A stretch of 64,000 nucleotides of DNA, taken from NCBI GenBank assembly GCA_964016885.1, contig OZ024746.1:52204001-52268000 (forward strand), read 5' to 3'. The stretch is from Eledone cirrhosa (Eukaryota). Shown piece by piece: positions 26,801-42,700 of this stretch. Below the pieces are notes generated by a model. The model ran no database searches and was not told the DNA's origin. It saw only the letters and a list, made by a program, of their open reading frames with translations. Both the position numbers and the translations under genes were made by a program. Each line of letters starts with the position of its first letter. Position 1 is the first letter of the stretch.

Positions 26801-29800
26801 TATGTATTGGGTATGTTATACTTTGAATAGAGTAGTGTATGGTATAGAATGGTATATATAGATGTGTGTTGTATGGTATGCAATTCTATGTATTGGGGAT
26901 GTTATATTTAGTATGGAGTAGTGTATGGCATAGACTGGTGTATATAGGTGTGTGTTGTATGGTATGGAATTCTATGTATTGGGTATGTTATACTTAGTAT
27001 GGACTAGTGTATGTTATAGAATGGTGTATATAGGTGTGTCTTGTATGGTAAGGAATTCTATGTATTGAGTATGTTATACTTCGAATAGAGTTGTGTAATT
27101 TATAGAATGGTGTATATAGTGGTGTGTTGTATGGTATGGAATTTTATGTATTGGGTATGTTATACTTAATATGGAGTAGTGTATGGTATAGAATGCTGTA
27201 TATATGTGTGTGTTGTATGGTATGGAATTCTGTGTATTGGGTATGTTATACTTAGTATGGAGTAGTGTATGGTATAGAATGGTGTATATAGGCGTGTGTT
27301 GTATGGTATGGAACTCTATGTATTGGATATGTTATACTGAATATGGAATAGTGTATGGTATAGAATGGTGTATATAGGTGTATGTCGTAAGGTATGGAAT
27401 TCTATGTATTGGGTATGTTATAATTTGTATGGTGTAGTGTATGGTATAGAATGGTGTATATAGTTGTGTGTTGTATGGTATGGAATTCTATGTATTGTTA
27501 TGTTATATTTAGTATGGAGTAGTGTATGGTATAGAATGGTGTATATAGGTGTGTGTTGTACGGTATGGAATTCTATGTATTGGTTATGTTATATTTAGTA
27601 TGGCGTAGTGTATGGTATAGAATGGTGTATATAGGTGTGTCTTGTATGGTAAGGAATTCTATGTATTGGGTATGTTATACTTTGAATAGAGCAGTGTATG
27701 GTATAGAATGGTGTATATAGATGTGTGATGTATGGTATGGAATTTTATGTATTGGGTATGTTATATTTAATATGGAGTAGTGTATGGTATAGAATGCTGT
27801 ATATATGTGTGTGTTGTATGGTATGGAATTCTATGTATTGTGTATGTTATATTTTGTATGGGGTATTGTATGGTATAGAATGGTGTATATAGGTGTGTGT
27901 TGTATTGTATGGAATTCTATGTATTGGGTATCTTTTACTTAGTATGGAGTAGTGTATGGCATAGAATGGTGTATATAGGTGTGTGTTGTCTGGTATGGAA
28001 TTCTATGTATTGGTAATGTTATACTTTGTATGGAGTAGTGTATGGTATAGAATGGTGTATATAGGTGTGTGTTGTATGGTATGGAATTCTATGTATTGGG
28101 TATGTTATACTGAGCATGGAGTAGTGTATAGTATAGAATGGTGTATATAGGTGTGTGTTGTATGGTATGGAATTCTATGTATTGGGTATGTTATACTTTG
28201 AATAGAGTAGTGTATGGTATAGAATGGTATATATAGATGTGTGTTGTATGGTATGGAATTCTATGTATTGGGTATGTTATACTTAGTATGGAGTAGTGTA
28301 TGGTATAGAATGGTGTATATAGGTGTGTGTTGTATGGTAAGGAATTCTATGTATTGGGTATGTTATACTTTGAATAGAGTTGTGTTTGTTATAGAATGGT
28401 GTATATAGATGTGTGTTGTATGGTATGGAATTTTATGTATTGGGTATGTTATACTTAATATGGAGTAGTGTATGGTATAGAATGCTGTATATATGTGTGT
28501 GTTGTATGGTATGGAATACTGTGTATTGGGTATGTTATACTTAGTATGGAGTAGTGTATGGTATAGAATGGTGTATATCGGTGTGTGTTGTATGGTATGG
28601 AATTCTATGTATTGGGTATGTTATACTGAGTATGGAGTAGTGTATGGTATAGAATGGTGTATATAGGTGTGTGTTGTATGGTATGGAATTCTATGTATTG
28701 GGTATGTTATACTGAGTATGGAGTAGTGTATGGTATAGAATGGTGTATATAGGTGTGTGTTGTATGGTATGGAATTCTATGTATTGTGTATGTTATACTG
28801 AGTATGGAGTAGTGTATGGTATAGAATGGTGTATAAAGGTGTGTGTTGTATGGTATGGAATTCTATGTATTACGTATGTTATACTGAGTATGGAGTAGTG
28901 TACGGTATAGAATGGTGTATATAGGTGTGTGTTGGATGGTATGGAATTCTATGTATTGGGTATGTTATACTGAGTATGGAGTAGTGTATGGTATAGAATG
29001 GTGTATATAGGTGTGTGTTGTATGGTATGGAATTCTATGTATTGGGTATGTTATACTGAGCATGGAGTAGTGTATGGTATAGAATGGTATATACAGATGT
29101 GTGTTGTATGGTATGGAATTCTATGTATTGGGGATGTTATATTTAGTATGGAGTAGTGTATGGCATAGACTGGTGTATATAGGTGTGTGTTGTATGGTGT
29201 GGAATTCTATGTATTGGGTATGTTATAATTTGTATGGAGTAGTGTATGGTATAGAATGGAGAATAGGTGTGTGTTGTACGGTATGGAATGCTATGTATTG
29301 GGTATGTTATACTTTGTATGGAGTAGTGTATGGTATAGAATGGTGTATATAGGTGTGTGTTGTATGGTATGGAATTCTATGTATTGGGTATGTTATACTT
29401 AGTATGGAGTAGTGTATGGTATAGAATGGTGTATATAGGTGTGTGTCTTATGGTATGGAATTCTATGTATTGGGTATGTTATACTTTGAATAGAGTAGTG
29501 TATGGTATAGAATGGTGTATATAGATGTGTGCTGTATGGTATGGAATTCTATGTATTAGGTATGTTATACTGAGTATGGATTAGTGTATGGTATAGAATG
29601 GTGTATATAGGTGTGTGTTGTATGGTATGGAATTCTATGTATTGGGTATGTTATACTTAGTATGGACTAGTGTATGTTATAGAATGGTGTATATAGGTGT
29701 GTCTTGTATGGTAAGGAATTCTATGTATTGAGTATGTTATACTTTGAATAGAGTTGTGTAATTTATAGAATGGTGTATATAGTGGTGTGTTGTATGGTAT

Positions 29801-30740
29801 GGAACTCTATGTATTGGATATGTTATACTGAATATGGAATAGTGTATGGTATAGAATGGTGTATATAGGTGTATGTCGTAAGGTATGGAATTTTATGTAT
29901 TGGGTATGTTATAATTTGTATGGTGTAGTGTATGGTATAGAATGGTGTATATAGTTGTGTGTTGTATGGTATGGAATTCTATGTATTGTTATGTTATATT
30001 TAGTATGGAGTAGTGTATGGTATAGAATGGTGTATATAGGTGTGTGTTGTATGGTATGGAATTCTATGTATTGGGTATGTTTTACTTAGTATGGAGTAGT
30101 GTATGGCATAGAATGGTGTATATAGGTGTGTGTTGTACGGTATGGAATTCTATGTATTGGGTATGTTATACTTAGTATGGAGTAGTATATGGTATAGAAT
30201 GGTGTATATAGGTGTGTGTTGTATGGTATGGAATTCTATGTATTGGGTATGTTATACTTTGTATGGAGTAGTGTATGGTATAGAATGGTGTATATAGGTG
30301 TGTGTCGTATGGTATGGAATTCTATGTATTGGTTATGTTATATTTAGTATGGAGTAGTGTATGGTCTAGAATGGTGTATATAGGTGTGTGTTGTATGGTA
30401 TGGAATTCTATGTATTGTATATGTTATACTGAGTATGGTGTAGTGTATGGTACAGAATGGTGTATATAGGTGTGTCTTGTATGGTAAGGAATTCTATGTA
30501 TTGGGTATGTTATACTTTGAATAGAGCAGTGTATGGTATAGAATGGTGTATATAGATGTGTGATGTATGGTATGGAATTTTATGTATTGGGTATGTTATA
30601 TTTAATATGGAGTAGTGTATGGTATAGAATGCTGTATATATGTGTGTGTTGTATGGTATGGAATTCTATGTATTGTGTATGTTATATTTTGTATGGGGTA
30701 TTGTATGGTATAGAATGGTGTATATAGGTGTGTGTTGTAT
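20850..30740. repeat. Variant domain B: higher-order units of ~31-35 monomers
   Basis: The marker block GGACTAG...GAATAGAGTTGTGTAATTTATAG...AGTGGTGTG...GAACTCT...GTCGTAAGG starts at 23991, 27001 and 29664 (spacings 3010 = 35 x 86 and 2663 = 31 x 86 - 3). Runs of CTGAG-type monomers are present. Boundaries are approximate. Confidence 0.75.
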
Positions 30741-33700
30741 GGTATGGAATTCTATGTATTGGGTATGTTATATTTAGTATGGAGTAGTGTATGGTATAGA
30801 ATGGTGTATATAGGTGTGTGTTGTATGGTATGGAATTCTATGTATTGGGTATGTTATACTTAGTATGGAGTAGTGTATGGCATAGACTGTTGTATATAGG
30901 TGTGTGTTGTATGGTATGGAATGCTATGTATTGGGTATGTTATAATTTGTATGGAGTAGTGTATGGTATAGAATGGTGTATATAGGTGTGTGTTGTATGG
31001 TATTGAATTCTATGTATGGTGTATGTTATACTTAATATGGAGTAGTGTATGGTATAGAATGGTGTATATAGGTGTGTGTTGTATGGTATGGAATTCTATG
31101 AATTGGGTATGTTATATTTAGTATGGAGTAGTGTATGGTATAGCATGGTGTATATAGGTGTGTGTTGTATGGTATGGAATTCTATATATTGGGTATGTTA
31201 TATTTAGTATGGAGTAGTGTATGGCATAGACTGGTGTATATAGGTGTGTGTTGTATGGTATGGAATGCTATGTATTGGGTATGTTATACTTTGTATGGAG
31301 TAGTGTATGGTATAGTATGGTGTATATAGGTGTGTGTTGTATGGAATTCTATGTATTGGGTATGTTATACTTAGTATGGAGTAGTTTATGGTATATAATG
31401 GTGTATATAGGTGTGTGTTGTATGGTATGGAATTCTATGTATTGATTATTTTAAACTTAGTATGGAGTAGTGTATGGCATAGAATGTTGTATATAGGTGT
31501 GTGTTGTATGGTATGGAATTCTATGTATTGGGTATGTTATACTTAGTATGGAGTAGTGTATGCCATAGACTGGTGTATATAGGTGTGTGTTGTATGGTAT
31601 GGAATTCTATGTATTCGGTATGTTATATTAGTATGGAGTAGTGTATGGTATAGTATGGTGTATATAGGTGTGTCTTGTATGGTAAGGAATTCTATGTATT
31701 AGGTATGTTATAGTTGAATAGAGTAGTTTATGGTATATAATGGTGTATATAGGTGTGTGTTGTACGGTATGGAATTCTATTTATTAGGTATGTTATACTG
31801 AGTATGGAGTAGTGTATGGTATAGAATGCTGTATATAGGTGTGTGTTGTATGGTATGGAATGCTATGTATTGGGTATGTTATACTTTGTATGGAGTAGTG
31901 TATGGTATAGAATGGTGTATATAGGTGTGTGTTGTATGGTATGGAATTCTATGTATTGGGTATGTTATACTTAGTATGGAGTAGTGTATGGTATAGAATG
32001 GTGTATATAGGTGTGTGTTGTATGGTATGGAATTCTATATATTGGGTATGTTATCATTAATATGGAGTAGTGTATGGTATAGAATGGTGTATAAAGCAGT
32101 GTGTTGTATGGTATGGAATTCTATGTATTAGGTATGTTATACTTTCAATAGAGTAGTGTATGATATAGTATGGTATATATAGATGTGTGTTGTACGGTAT
32201 GGAATTCTATGTATTGGGTATGTTATATTTAGTATGGAGTAGTGTATGGTATAGAATGGTGTATATAGGTGTGTGTTGTATGGTATGGAATTCTATGTAT
32301 TGGTTATGTTATACTTAGTATGGAGTAGTGTATGGTATAGACTGGTGTATATACGTGTGTGTTGTATGGTATGGAATTCTATGTATTGGGTATGTTATAC
32401 TTAGTATGGAGTAGTGTATGGTGTAGAATGCTCTATATAGGTGTGTGTCGTAGGGTATGGAATTCTATGTATTAGTTATGTTATACTGAGTATGGAGTAG
32501 TGTATGTTATAGAATGGTGTATATAGGTGTGTGTTGTATGGTATGTAATTCTATGAATTGGGTATGTTATATTTAGTATGGAGTAGTGTATGGTATATAA
32601 CGGTGTATATAGGTGTGTGTTGATATGGTATGGAATTCTATGTATAGGTTATGTTATATTTAGTATGGAGTAGTGTATGGCATAGACTGGTGTATATAGG
32701 TGTGTGTTGTATTGTATGGAATGCTATGTATTGGGTATGTTATACTTTGTATGGAGTAGTGTATGGTATAGAATGGTGTATATAGGTGTGTGTTGTATGG
32801 TATGGAATTCTATGTATTGGGTATGTTATACTGTGTATGGAGTAGTGTATGGGATAGAATGGTGTATATATGTGTGTGTTGTATGGTATGGAATTCTATG
32901 TATTAGGTATGTTATACTGAGTTTGGAGTAGTGTATGGTATAGAATGGTGTATATAGGTGTTAGTTGTATGGTATGGAATTCTATGAATTTGGTATGTTA
33001 TATTTAGTATGGAGTAGTGTATGGTATAGACTGGTGTATATAGGTGTGTTGTATGCTATGGAATTCTATGTATTGGGTATGTTATACTTAGTATGGAGTA
33101 GTGTATGGTATAGAATGGTGTATATAGGTGTGTGCTGTATGGTATGGAATTCTATGTATTGGGTATGTTATATTTAGTATGGAGTAGTGTATGGTATAGA
33201 ATGGTGTATATAGGTGTGTGTTGTATGGTATGGAATTCTATGTATTGGGTATGTAATACTTAGTATGGAGTAGTGTATAGCATAGACTGTTGTATATAGG
33301 TGTGTGTTGTATGGAATGGAATGCTATGTATTGGGTATGTTATACTTTGTATGGAGTAGTGTATGGTATAGAATGGTGTATATAGGTGTGTGTTGTATGG
33401 TATTGAATTCTATGTATGGTGTATGTTATACTTAATATGGAGTAGTGTATGGTATAGAATGGTGTATATAGGTGTGTGTTGTACGGTATGGAATTCTATG
33501 TATTAGGTATGTTATACTGAGTATGGAGTAGTGTATGGTATAGAATGGTGTATATAGGTGTATGTTGTATGGTATGGAATTCTATGAATTGGGTATGTTA
33601 TATTTAGTATGGAGTAATGTATGGTATAGAATGGTGTATATAGGTGTGTGTTGTATGGTATGGAATTCTATGTATTGAGTATGTTATATTTAGTATGGAG

Positions 33701-36700
33701 TAGTGTATGGCATAGACTGGTGTATATAGGTGTGTGTTGTATGGTATGGAATGCTATGTATTGGGTATGTTATACTTTGTATGGAGTAGTGTATGGTATA
33801 GAATGGTGTATATAGGTGTGTGTTGTATGGTATGGAATTCTATGTATTGGGTATGTTATACTTAGTATGGAGTAGTGTATGGTATAGAATGGTGTATATA
33901 GGTGTGTGTTGTATGGTATGGAATTCTATATATTGGGTATGTTATCCTTAATATGGGGTAGTGTATGGTATAGAATGGTGTATAAAGCAGTGTGTTGTAT
34001 GGTATGGAATTCTATATATTAGGTATGTTATACTTTGAATAGAGTAGTGTATGATATAGTATGGTATATATAGATGTGTGTTGTATGGTATGGAATTCTA
34101 TGTATTGGGTATGTTATATTTAGTATGGAGTAGTGTATGGTATAGAATGGTGTATATAGGTGTGTGTTGTATGGTATGGAATTCTATGTATTGGGTATGT
34201 TATACTTAGTATGGAGTAGTGTATGGCATAGAATGGTGTATATAGGTGTGTGTTGTATGGTATGGAATTCTATGTATTGGGTATGTTATACTTTGTATGG
34301 AGTAGTGTATGTTATAGAATGGTGTATATAGGTGTGTGTTGTATGGTATGGAATTCTATGTATTCGGTATGTTATACTTAGTATGGAGTAGTGTATGGTA
34401 TAGAATGGTGTATATAGGTGTGTGTTGTATGGTATGGAATTCTATGTATTGGTTATGTTATATTTAGTATGGAGTAGTGTATGGTATAGAATGGTGTATA
34501 TAGGTGTGTGTTGTATGGTATGGAATTCTATGAATTGGGTATGTTATATTTAGTATGGAGTAGTGTATGGTATAGAATGGTGTATATAGGTGTGTGTTGT
34601 ATGGTATGGAATTCTATGTATTGGGTATGTTATACTTTGTATGGAGTAGTGTATGGTATAGAATGGTGTATATAGGTGTGTGTTGTATGGTATTGAATTC
34701 TATGTATTGGTTATGTTATATTTAGTATGGAGTAGTGTATGGTATAGAATGGTGTATATAGGTGTGTGTTGTATGGTATGGAATTCTATGTATTGGGTAT
34801 GTTATACTTAGTATGGAGTAGTGTATGGCATAGACTGTTGTATATAGGTGTGTGTTGTATGGTATGGAATGCTATGCATTGGGTATGTTATACTTTGTAT
34901 GGAGTAGTGTATGGTATAGAATGGTGTATATAGGTGTGTGTTGTATGGTATTGAATTCTATGTATGGTGTATGTTATACTTAATATGGAGTAGTGTATGG
35001 TATAGAATGGTGTATATAGGTGTGTGTTGTATGGTATGGAATTCTATGAATTGGGTATGTTATATTTAGTATGGAGTAGTGTATGGTATAGAATAGTGTA
35101 TATAGGTGTGTGTTGTAGGGTATGGAATTCTATGTATTGGGTATGTTATACTTAGTATGGAGTAGTGTATGACATAGACTGTTGTATATAGGTGTGTGTT
35201 GTATGGTATGGAATTCTATGTATTAGGTATGTTATACTGAGTATGGAGTAGTGTATGGTATAGAATGGTGTATATAGGTGTGTGTTGTATGGTATGGAAT
35301 TCTATGAATTGGGTATGTTATATTTAGTATGGAGTAGTGTATGGCATAGACGGGTTTATATAGGTGTGTGTTGTATGTTATGGAATGCTATGTATTGGGT
35401 ATGTTATACTTTGTATGGAGTAGTGTATGGTATAGTATGGTGTATATAGGTGTGTGTTGTATGGTATGGAATTCTATGTATTGATTATGTTCAACTTAGT
35501 ATGGAGTAGTGTATGGCATAGAATGGTGTATATAGGTGTGTGTTGTATGGTATGGAATTCTATGTATTGGGTATGTTATACTTAGTATGGAGTAGTGTAT
35601 GCCATAGACTCGTATATATAGGTGTGTGTTGTATGGTATGGAATTCTATGTATTCGGTATGTTATACTTAGTATGGAGTAGTGTATGGTATAGTATGGTG
35701 TATATAGGTGTGTCTTGTATGGTAAGGAATTCTATGTATTAGGTATGTTATACTTTGAATAGAGTAGTGTATGGTATAGAATGGTGTATATAGGTGTGTG
35801 TTGAATGGTAGGGAATTCTATGTATTGGGTATGTTATACTTAATATGGAGTAGTGTATGGTATAAAATGGTGTATATAGGTGTGTGTAGTACGGTATGGA
35901 ATTCTATGTATTAGGTATGTTATACTGAGTATGGAGTAGTGTATGGTATAGAATGGTGTATATAGGTGTGTGTTGTATGGTATGGAATTCTATGGATTGG
36001 GTATGTTATATTTAGTATGGAGTAATGTATGGTATAGAATGGTGTATATAGGTGTGTGTTGTATGGTATGGAATTCGATGTATTGGGTATGTTATACTTA
36101 GTATGGAGTAGTGTATGGTATAGAATGGTGTATATAGGTGTGTGTTGTATGGTATGGAATTCTATGTATTGGGTATGTTATCCTTAATATGGAGTAGTGT
36201 ATGGTATAGAATGGTGTATAAAGGAGTGTGTTGTATGGTATGGAATTCTATGTATTAGGTATGTTATACTTTGAATTGAGTAGTGTATGATATAGTATGG
36301 TATATATAGATGTGTGTTGTATGGTATGGAATTCTATGTATTGGGTATGTTATATTTAGTATGGAGTAGTGTATGGTATAGAATGGTGTATATAGGTGTG
36401 TGTTGTATGGTATGGGATTCTATGTATTGGGTATGTTATACTTTGTATCGAGTAGTGTATGGTATAGAATGGTGTATATAGGTGTGTGTTGTATGGTATG
36501 GAATTCTATGTATTGGGTATGTTATACTGTGTATGGAGTAGTGTATGGTATAGAATGGTGTATATATGTGTGTGTTGTATGGTATGGAATTCTATGTATT
36601 AGGTATGTTATACTGAGTTTGGAGTAGTGTATGGTATAGAATGGTGTATATAGGTGTGTGTTGTATGGTATGGAATTCTATGAATTGGGTATGTTATATT

Positions 36701-39700
36701 TAGTATGGGGTAGTGTATGGTATAGACTGGTGTATATAGGTGTGTTGTATGGTATGGAATTCAATGTATTGGGTATGTTATACTTAGTATGGAGTAGTGT
36801 ATGGTATAGAATGGTGTATATATGTGTGTGTTGTATGGTATGGAATTCTATGTATTGGGTATGTTATACTTAGTATGGAGTAGTGTATGGCATAGACTGT
36901 TGTATATAGGTGTGTGTTGTATGGTATGTAATGCTATGTATTGGGTATGTTATACTTTGTATGGAGTAGTGTATGGTATAGAATGGTGTATATAGGTGTG
37001 TGTCGTATGGTATTGAATTCTATGTATGGTGTATGTTATACTTAATATGGAGTAGTGTATGGTATAGAATGGTGTATATAGGTGTGTGTTGTATGGTATG
37101 GAATTCGATGAATTGGGTATGTTATATTTAGTATGGAGTAGTGTATGGTATAGCATGGTGTATATAGGTGTGTGTTGTATGGTATGGAATTCTATATATT
37201 GGGTATGTTATATTTAGTATGGAGTAGTGTATGGCATAGACTGGTGTATATAGGTGTGTGTTGTATGGTATCGAATGCTATGTATTGGGTATGTTATACT
37301 TTGTATGGAGTAGTGTATGGTATAGTATGGTGTATATAGGTGTGTGTTGTATGGAATTCTATGTATTGGGTATGTTATACTTAGTATGGAGTAGTTTATG
37401 GTATATAATGGTGTATATAGGTGTGTGTTGTATGGTATGGAATTCTATGTACTGATTATGTTAAACTTAGTATGGAGTAGTGTATGGCATAGAATGGTGT
37501 ATATATGTGTGTCTTGTATGGTATGGAATTCTATGTTTTCGGTATGTTATACTTAGTATGGAGTAGTGTATGGTATAGTATGGTGTATATAGGTGTGTGT
37601 TGTATGGTAAGGAATTCTATGTATTAGGTATGTTATACTTTGAATAGAGTAGTGTATGGTATAGAATGGTGTATATAGGTGTGTGTTGAATGGTAGGGAA
37701 TTATATGTATTGGGTATGTTATACTTAATATGGAGTAGTGTATGGTATAGAATGGTGTATATAGGTGTGTGTTGTACGGTATGGAATTCTATGTATTAGG
37801 TATGTTATACTGAGTATGGAGTAGTGTATGGTATAGAATGGTGTATATAGGTGTATGTTGTATGGTATGGAATTCTATGAATTGGGTATGTTATATTTAG
37901 TATGGAGTAATGTATGGTATAGAATGGTGTATATAGGTGTGTGTTGTATGGTATGGAATTCTATGTATTGAGTATGTTATATTTAGTATGGAGTAGTGTA
38001 TGGCATAGACTGGTGTATACAGGTGTGTGTTGTATGGTATGGAATGCTATGTATTGGGTATGTTATACTTTGTATGGAGTAGTGTATGGTATAGGATGGT
38101 GTATATAGGTGTGTGTTGTATGGTATGGAATTCTATGTATTGGGTATGTTATACTTAGTATGGAGTAGTGTATGGTATAGAATGGTGTATATAGGTGTGT
38201 GTTGTATGGTATGGAATTCTATATATTGGGTATGTTATCTTTAATATGGAGTAGTGTATGGTATAGAATGGTGTATAAAGCAGTGTGTTGTATGGTATGG
38301 AATTCTATGTATTAGGTATGTTATACTTTGAATAGAGTAGTGTATGATATAGTATGGTATATATAGATGTGTGTTGTATGGTATGGAATTCTATGTATTG
38401 GGTATGTTATATTTAGTATGGAGAAGTGTATGGTATAGAATGGTGTATATAGGTGTGTGTTGTATGGTATGGAATTCTATGTATTGGGTATGTTATACTT
38501 TGTATGGAGTAGTGTATGTTATAGAATGGTGTATATAGGTGTGTGTTGTATGATATCGAATTCTATGTATTGGGTATGTTATACTTTGTATGGAGTAGTG
38601 TATGGTATAGAATGGTGTATATAGGTGTGTGTTGTATGGTATGGAATTCTATGTATTGGTTATGTTATACTTAGTATGGAGTAGTGTATGGTATAGACTG
38701 GTGGATATAGGTGTGTGTTGTATGGTATGGAATTCTATGTATTCGGTATGTTATACATAGTATGGAGTAGTGTATGGTATAGAATGGTGTATATAGGTGT
38801 GTGTTGTATGGTATGGAATTCTATGTATTGGTTATGTTATATTTAGTATGGAGTAGTGTATGGTATAGAATGGTGTATATAGGTGTGTGTTGTATGGTAT
38901 GGAATTCTATGAATTGGTTATGTTATATTTAGTATGGAGTAGTGTATGGTATAGAATGGTGTATATAGGTGTGTGTTGTATGGTATGGAATTCTATGTAT
39001 TGGGTATGTTATATTTAGTATGGAGTAGTGTATGGTATAGAATGGTGTATATAGGTGTGTGTTGTATGGTATGGAATTCTACGTATTGGGTATGTTATAC
39101 TTAGTATGGAGTAGTGTATGGCATAGACTGTTGTATATAGGTGTGTGTTGTATGGTATGGAATGCTATGTATTGGGTATGTTATACTTTGTATGGAGTAG
39201 TGTATGGTATAGAATGGTGTATATAGGTGTGTGTTGTATGGTATTGAATTCTATGTATGGTGTATGTTATACTTAATATGGAGTAGTGTATGGTATAGAA
39301 TGGTGTATATAGGTGTGTGTTGTATGGTATGGAATTCTATATATTGGGTATGTTATATTTAGTATGGAGTAGAGTATGGCATAGACTGGTGTATATAGGT
39401 GTGTGTTGTATGGTATGGAATGCTATGTATTGGTTATGTTATACTTTGTATGGAGTAGTGTATGGTATAGTATGGTGTATATAGGTGTGTGTTGTATGGA
39501 ATTTTATGTATTGGGTATGTTATTCTTAGTATGGAGTAGTTTATGGTATATAATGGTGTATATAGGTGTGTGTTGTATGGTATGGAATTCTATGTATTGA
39601 TTATGTTAAACTTAGTATGGAGTAGTGTATGGCATAGAATGTTGTATATAGGTGTGTGTTGTATGGTATGGAATTCTATGTATTGGGTATGTTATACTTA

Positions 39701-39741
39701 GTATGGAGTAGTGTATGCCATAGACTGGTGTATATAGGTGT
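30740..39741. repeat. Variant domain C: higher-order units of ~22-26 monomers
   Basis: Markers are TATAAAG(C/G)AG at 32093, 33984, 36220 and 38277, plus CATAGACTGTTG, TATTGAATTCTATGTATGGTG, TTGAATGGTAGGGAA and 81 bp monomers lacking one GTATG. Confidence 0.8.
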
Positions 39742-42700
39742 GTGTTGTATGGTATGGAATTCTATGTATTGGGTATGTTATACTTAGTATGGAGTAGTGT
39801 ATGGTATAGAATGGTGTATATAGGTGTATCTTGTATGGTAAGGAATTCTATGTATTGGGTATGTTATACTTTGAATAGAGTTGTGTTTGTTATAGAATGG
39901 TGTATATAGATGTGTGTTGTATGGTATGGAATTTTATGTATTGGGTATGTTATACTTAATATGGAGTAGTGTATGGTATAGAATGCTGTATATATGTGTG
40001 TGTTGTATGGTATGGAATACTGTGTATTGGGTATGTTATACTGAGTATGGAGTAGTGTATGGTATAGAATGGTGCATATCGGTGTGTGTTGTATGGTATG
40101 GAATTCTATGTATTGGGTATGTTATACTGAGTATGGAGTAGTGTATGGTATAGAATGGTGTATATAGGTGTGTGTTGTATGGTATGGAATTCTATGTATT
40201 GGGTATGTTATACTGAGTATGGAGTAGTGTATGGAATAGAATGGTGTATATAGGTGTGTGTTGTATGGTATGGAATTCTATGTATTGTGTATGTTATACT
40301 GAGTATGGAGTAGTGTATGGTATAGAATGGTGTATATAAGGTGTGTGTTGTATGGTATGGAATTCTATATATTACGTATGTTATACTGAGTATGGAGTAG
40401 TGTACGGTATAGAATGGTGTATATAGGTGTGTGTTGGATGGTATGGAATTCTATGTATTGGGTATGTTATACTGAGTATGGAGTAGTGCATAGTATAGAA
40501 TGATGTATATAGGTGTGTGTTGTATGGTATGGAATTCTATGTATTGGGTATGTTATACTGAGCATGGAGTAGTGTATGGTATAGAATGGTGTATATAGGT
40601 GTGTGTTGTATGGTATTGAATTCTATGTATTGGGTATGTTATACTTTGAATAGAGTAGTGTATGGTATAGAATGGTATATATAGATGTGTGTTGTATGGT
40701 ATGGAATTCTATGTATTGGGGATGTTATATTTAGTATGGAGTAGTGTATGGCATAGACTGGTGTATATAGGTGTGTGTTGTATGGTGTGGAATTCTATGT
40801 ATTGGGTATGTTATAATTTGTATGGAGTAGTGTATGGTATAGAATGGTGTATATAGGTGTGTGTTGTATGGTATGAAATGCTATGTATTGGGTATGTTAT
40901 ACTTTGTATGGAGTAGTGTATGGTATAGAATGGTGTATATAGGTATGTGTTGTATGGTATGGAATTCTATGTATTGGGTATGTTATACTTAGTATGGAGT
41001 AGTGTATGGTATAGAATGGTGTATATAGGTGTGTGTCTTATGGTATGGAATTCTATGTATTGGGTATGTTATACTTTGAATAGAGTAGTATATGGTATAG
41101 AATGGTGTATATAGATGTGTGCTGTATGGTATAGAATTCTATGTATTAGGTATGTTATACTGAGGATGGATTAGTGTATGGTATAGAATGGTGTATATAG
41201 GTGTGTGTTGTATGGTATGGAATTCTATGTATTGGGTATGTTATACTTAGTATGGACTAGTGTATGTTATAGAATGGTGTATATAGGTGTGTCTTGTATG
41301 GTAAGGAATTCTATGTATTGAGTATGTTATACTTCGAATAGAGTTGTGTAATTTATAGAATGGTGTATATAGTGGTGTGTTGTATGGTATGGAATTTAAT
41401 GTATTGGGTATGTTATACTTAATATGGAGTAGTGTATGGTATAGAATGCTGTATATATGTGTGTGTTGTATGGTATGGAATTCTGTGTATTGGGTATGTT
41501 ATACTTAGTATGGAGTAGTGTATGGTATAGAATGGTGTATATAGGCGTGTGTTGTATGGTATGGAACTCTATGTATTGGATATGTTATACTGAATATGGA
41601 ATAGTGTATGGTATAGAATGGTGTATATAGGTGTATGTCGTAAGGTATGGAATTCTATGTATTGGGTATGTTATAATTTGTATGGTGTAGTGTATGGTAT
41701 AGAATGGTGTATATAGTTGTGTGTTGTATGGTATGGAATTCTATGTATTGTTATGTTATATTTAGTATGGAGTAGTGTATGGTATAGAATGGTGTATATA
41801 GGTGTGTGTTGTATGGTATGGAATTCTATGTATTGGGTATGTTTTACTTAGTATGGAGTAGTGTATGGCATAGAATGGTGTATATAGGTGTGTGTTGTAC
41901 GGTATGGAATTCTATGTATTGGTTATGTTATATTTAGTATGGCGTAGTGTATGGTATAGAATGGTGTATATAGGTGTGTGTTGTATGGTATGGAATTCTA
42001 TGTATTGTATATGTTATACTGAGTATGGAGTAGTGTATGGTACAGAATGGTGTATATAGGTGTGTCTTGTATGGTAAGGAATTCTATGTATTGGGTATGT
42101 TATACTTTGAATAGAGCAGTGTATGGTATAGAATGGTGTATATAGATGTGTGATGTATGGTATGGAATTTTATGTATTGGGTATGTTATATTTAATATGG
42201 AGTAGTGTATGGTATAGAATGCTGTATATATGTGTGTGTTGTATGGTATGGAATTCTATGTATTGTGTATGTTATATTTTGTATGGGGTATTGTATGGTA
42301 TAGAATGGTGTATATAGGTGTGTGTTGTATTGTATGGAATTCTATGTATTGGGTATCTTTTACTTAGTATGGAGTAGTGTATGGCATAGAATGGTGTATA
42401 TAGGTGTGTGTTGTATGGTATGGAATTCTATGTATTGGTAATGTTATACTTTGTATGGAGTAGTGTATGGTATAGAATGGTGTATATAGGTGTGTGTTGT
42501 ATGGTATGGAATTCTATGTATTGGGTATGTTATACTTAGTATGGAGTAGTGTATGGTATAGAATGGTGTATATAGGTGTGTGTCTTATGGTATGGAATTC
42601 TATGTATTGGGTATGTTATACTTTGAATAGAGTAGTATATGGTATAGAATGGTGTATATAGATGTGTGCTGTATGGTATAGAATTCTATGTATTAGGTAT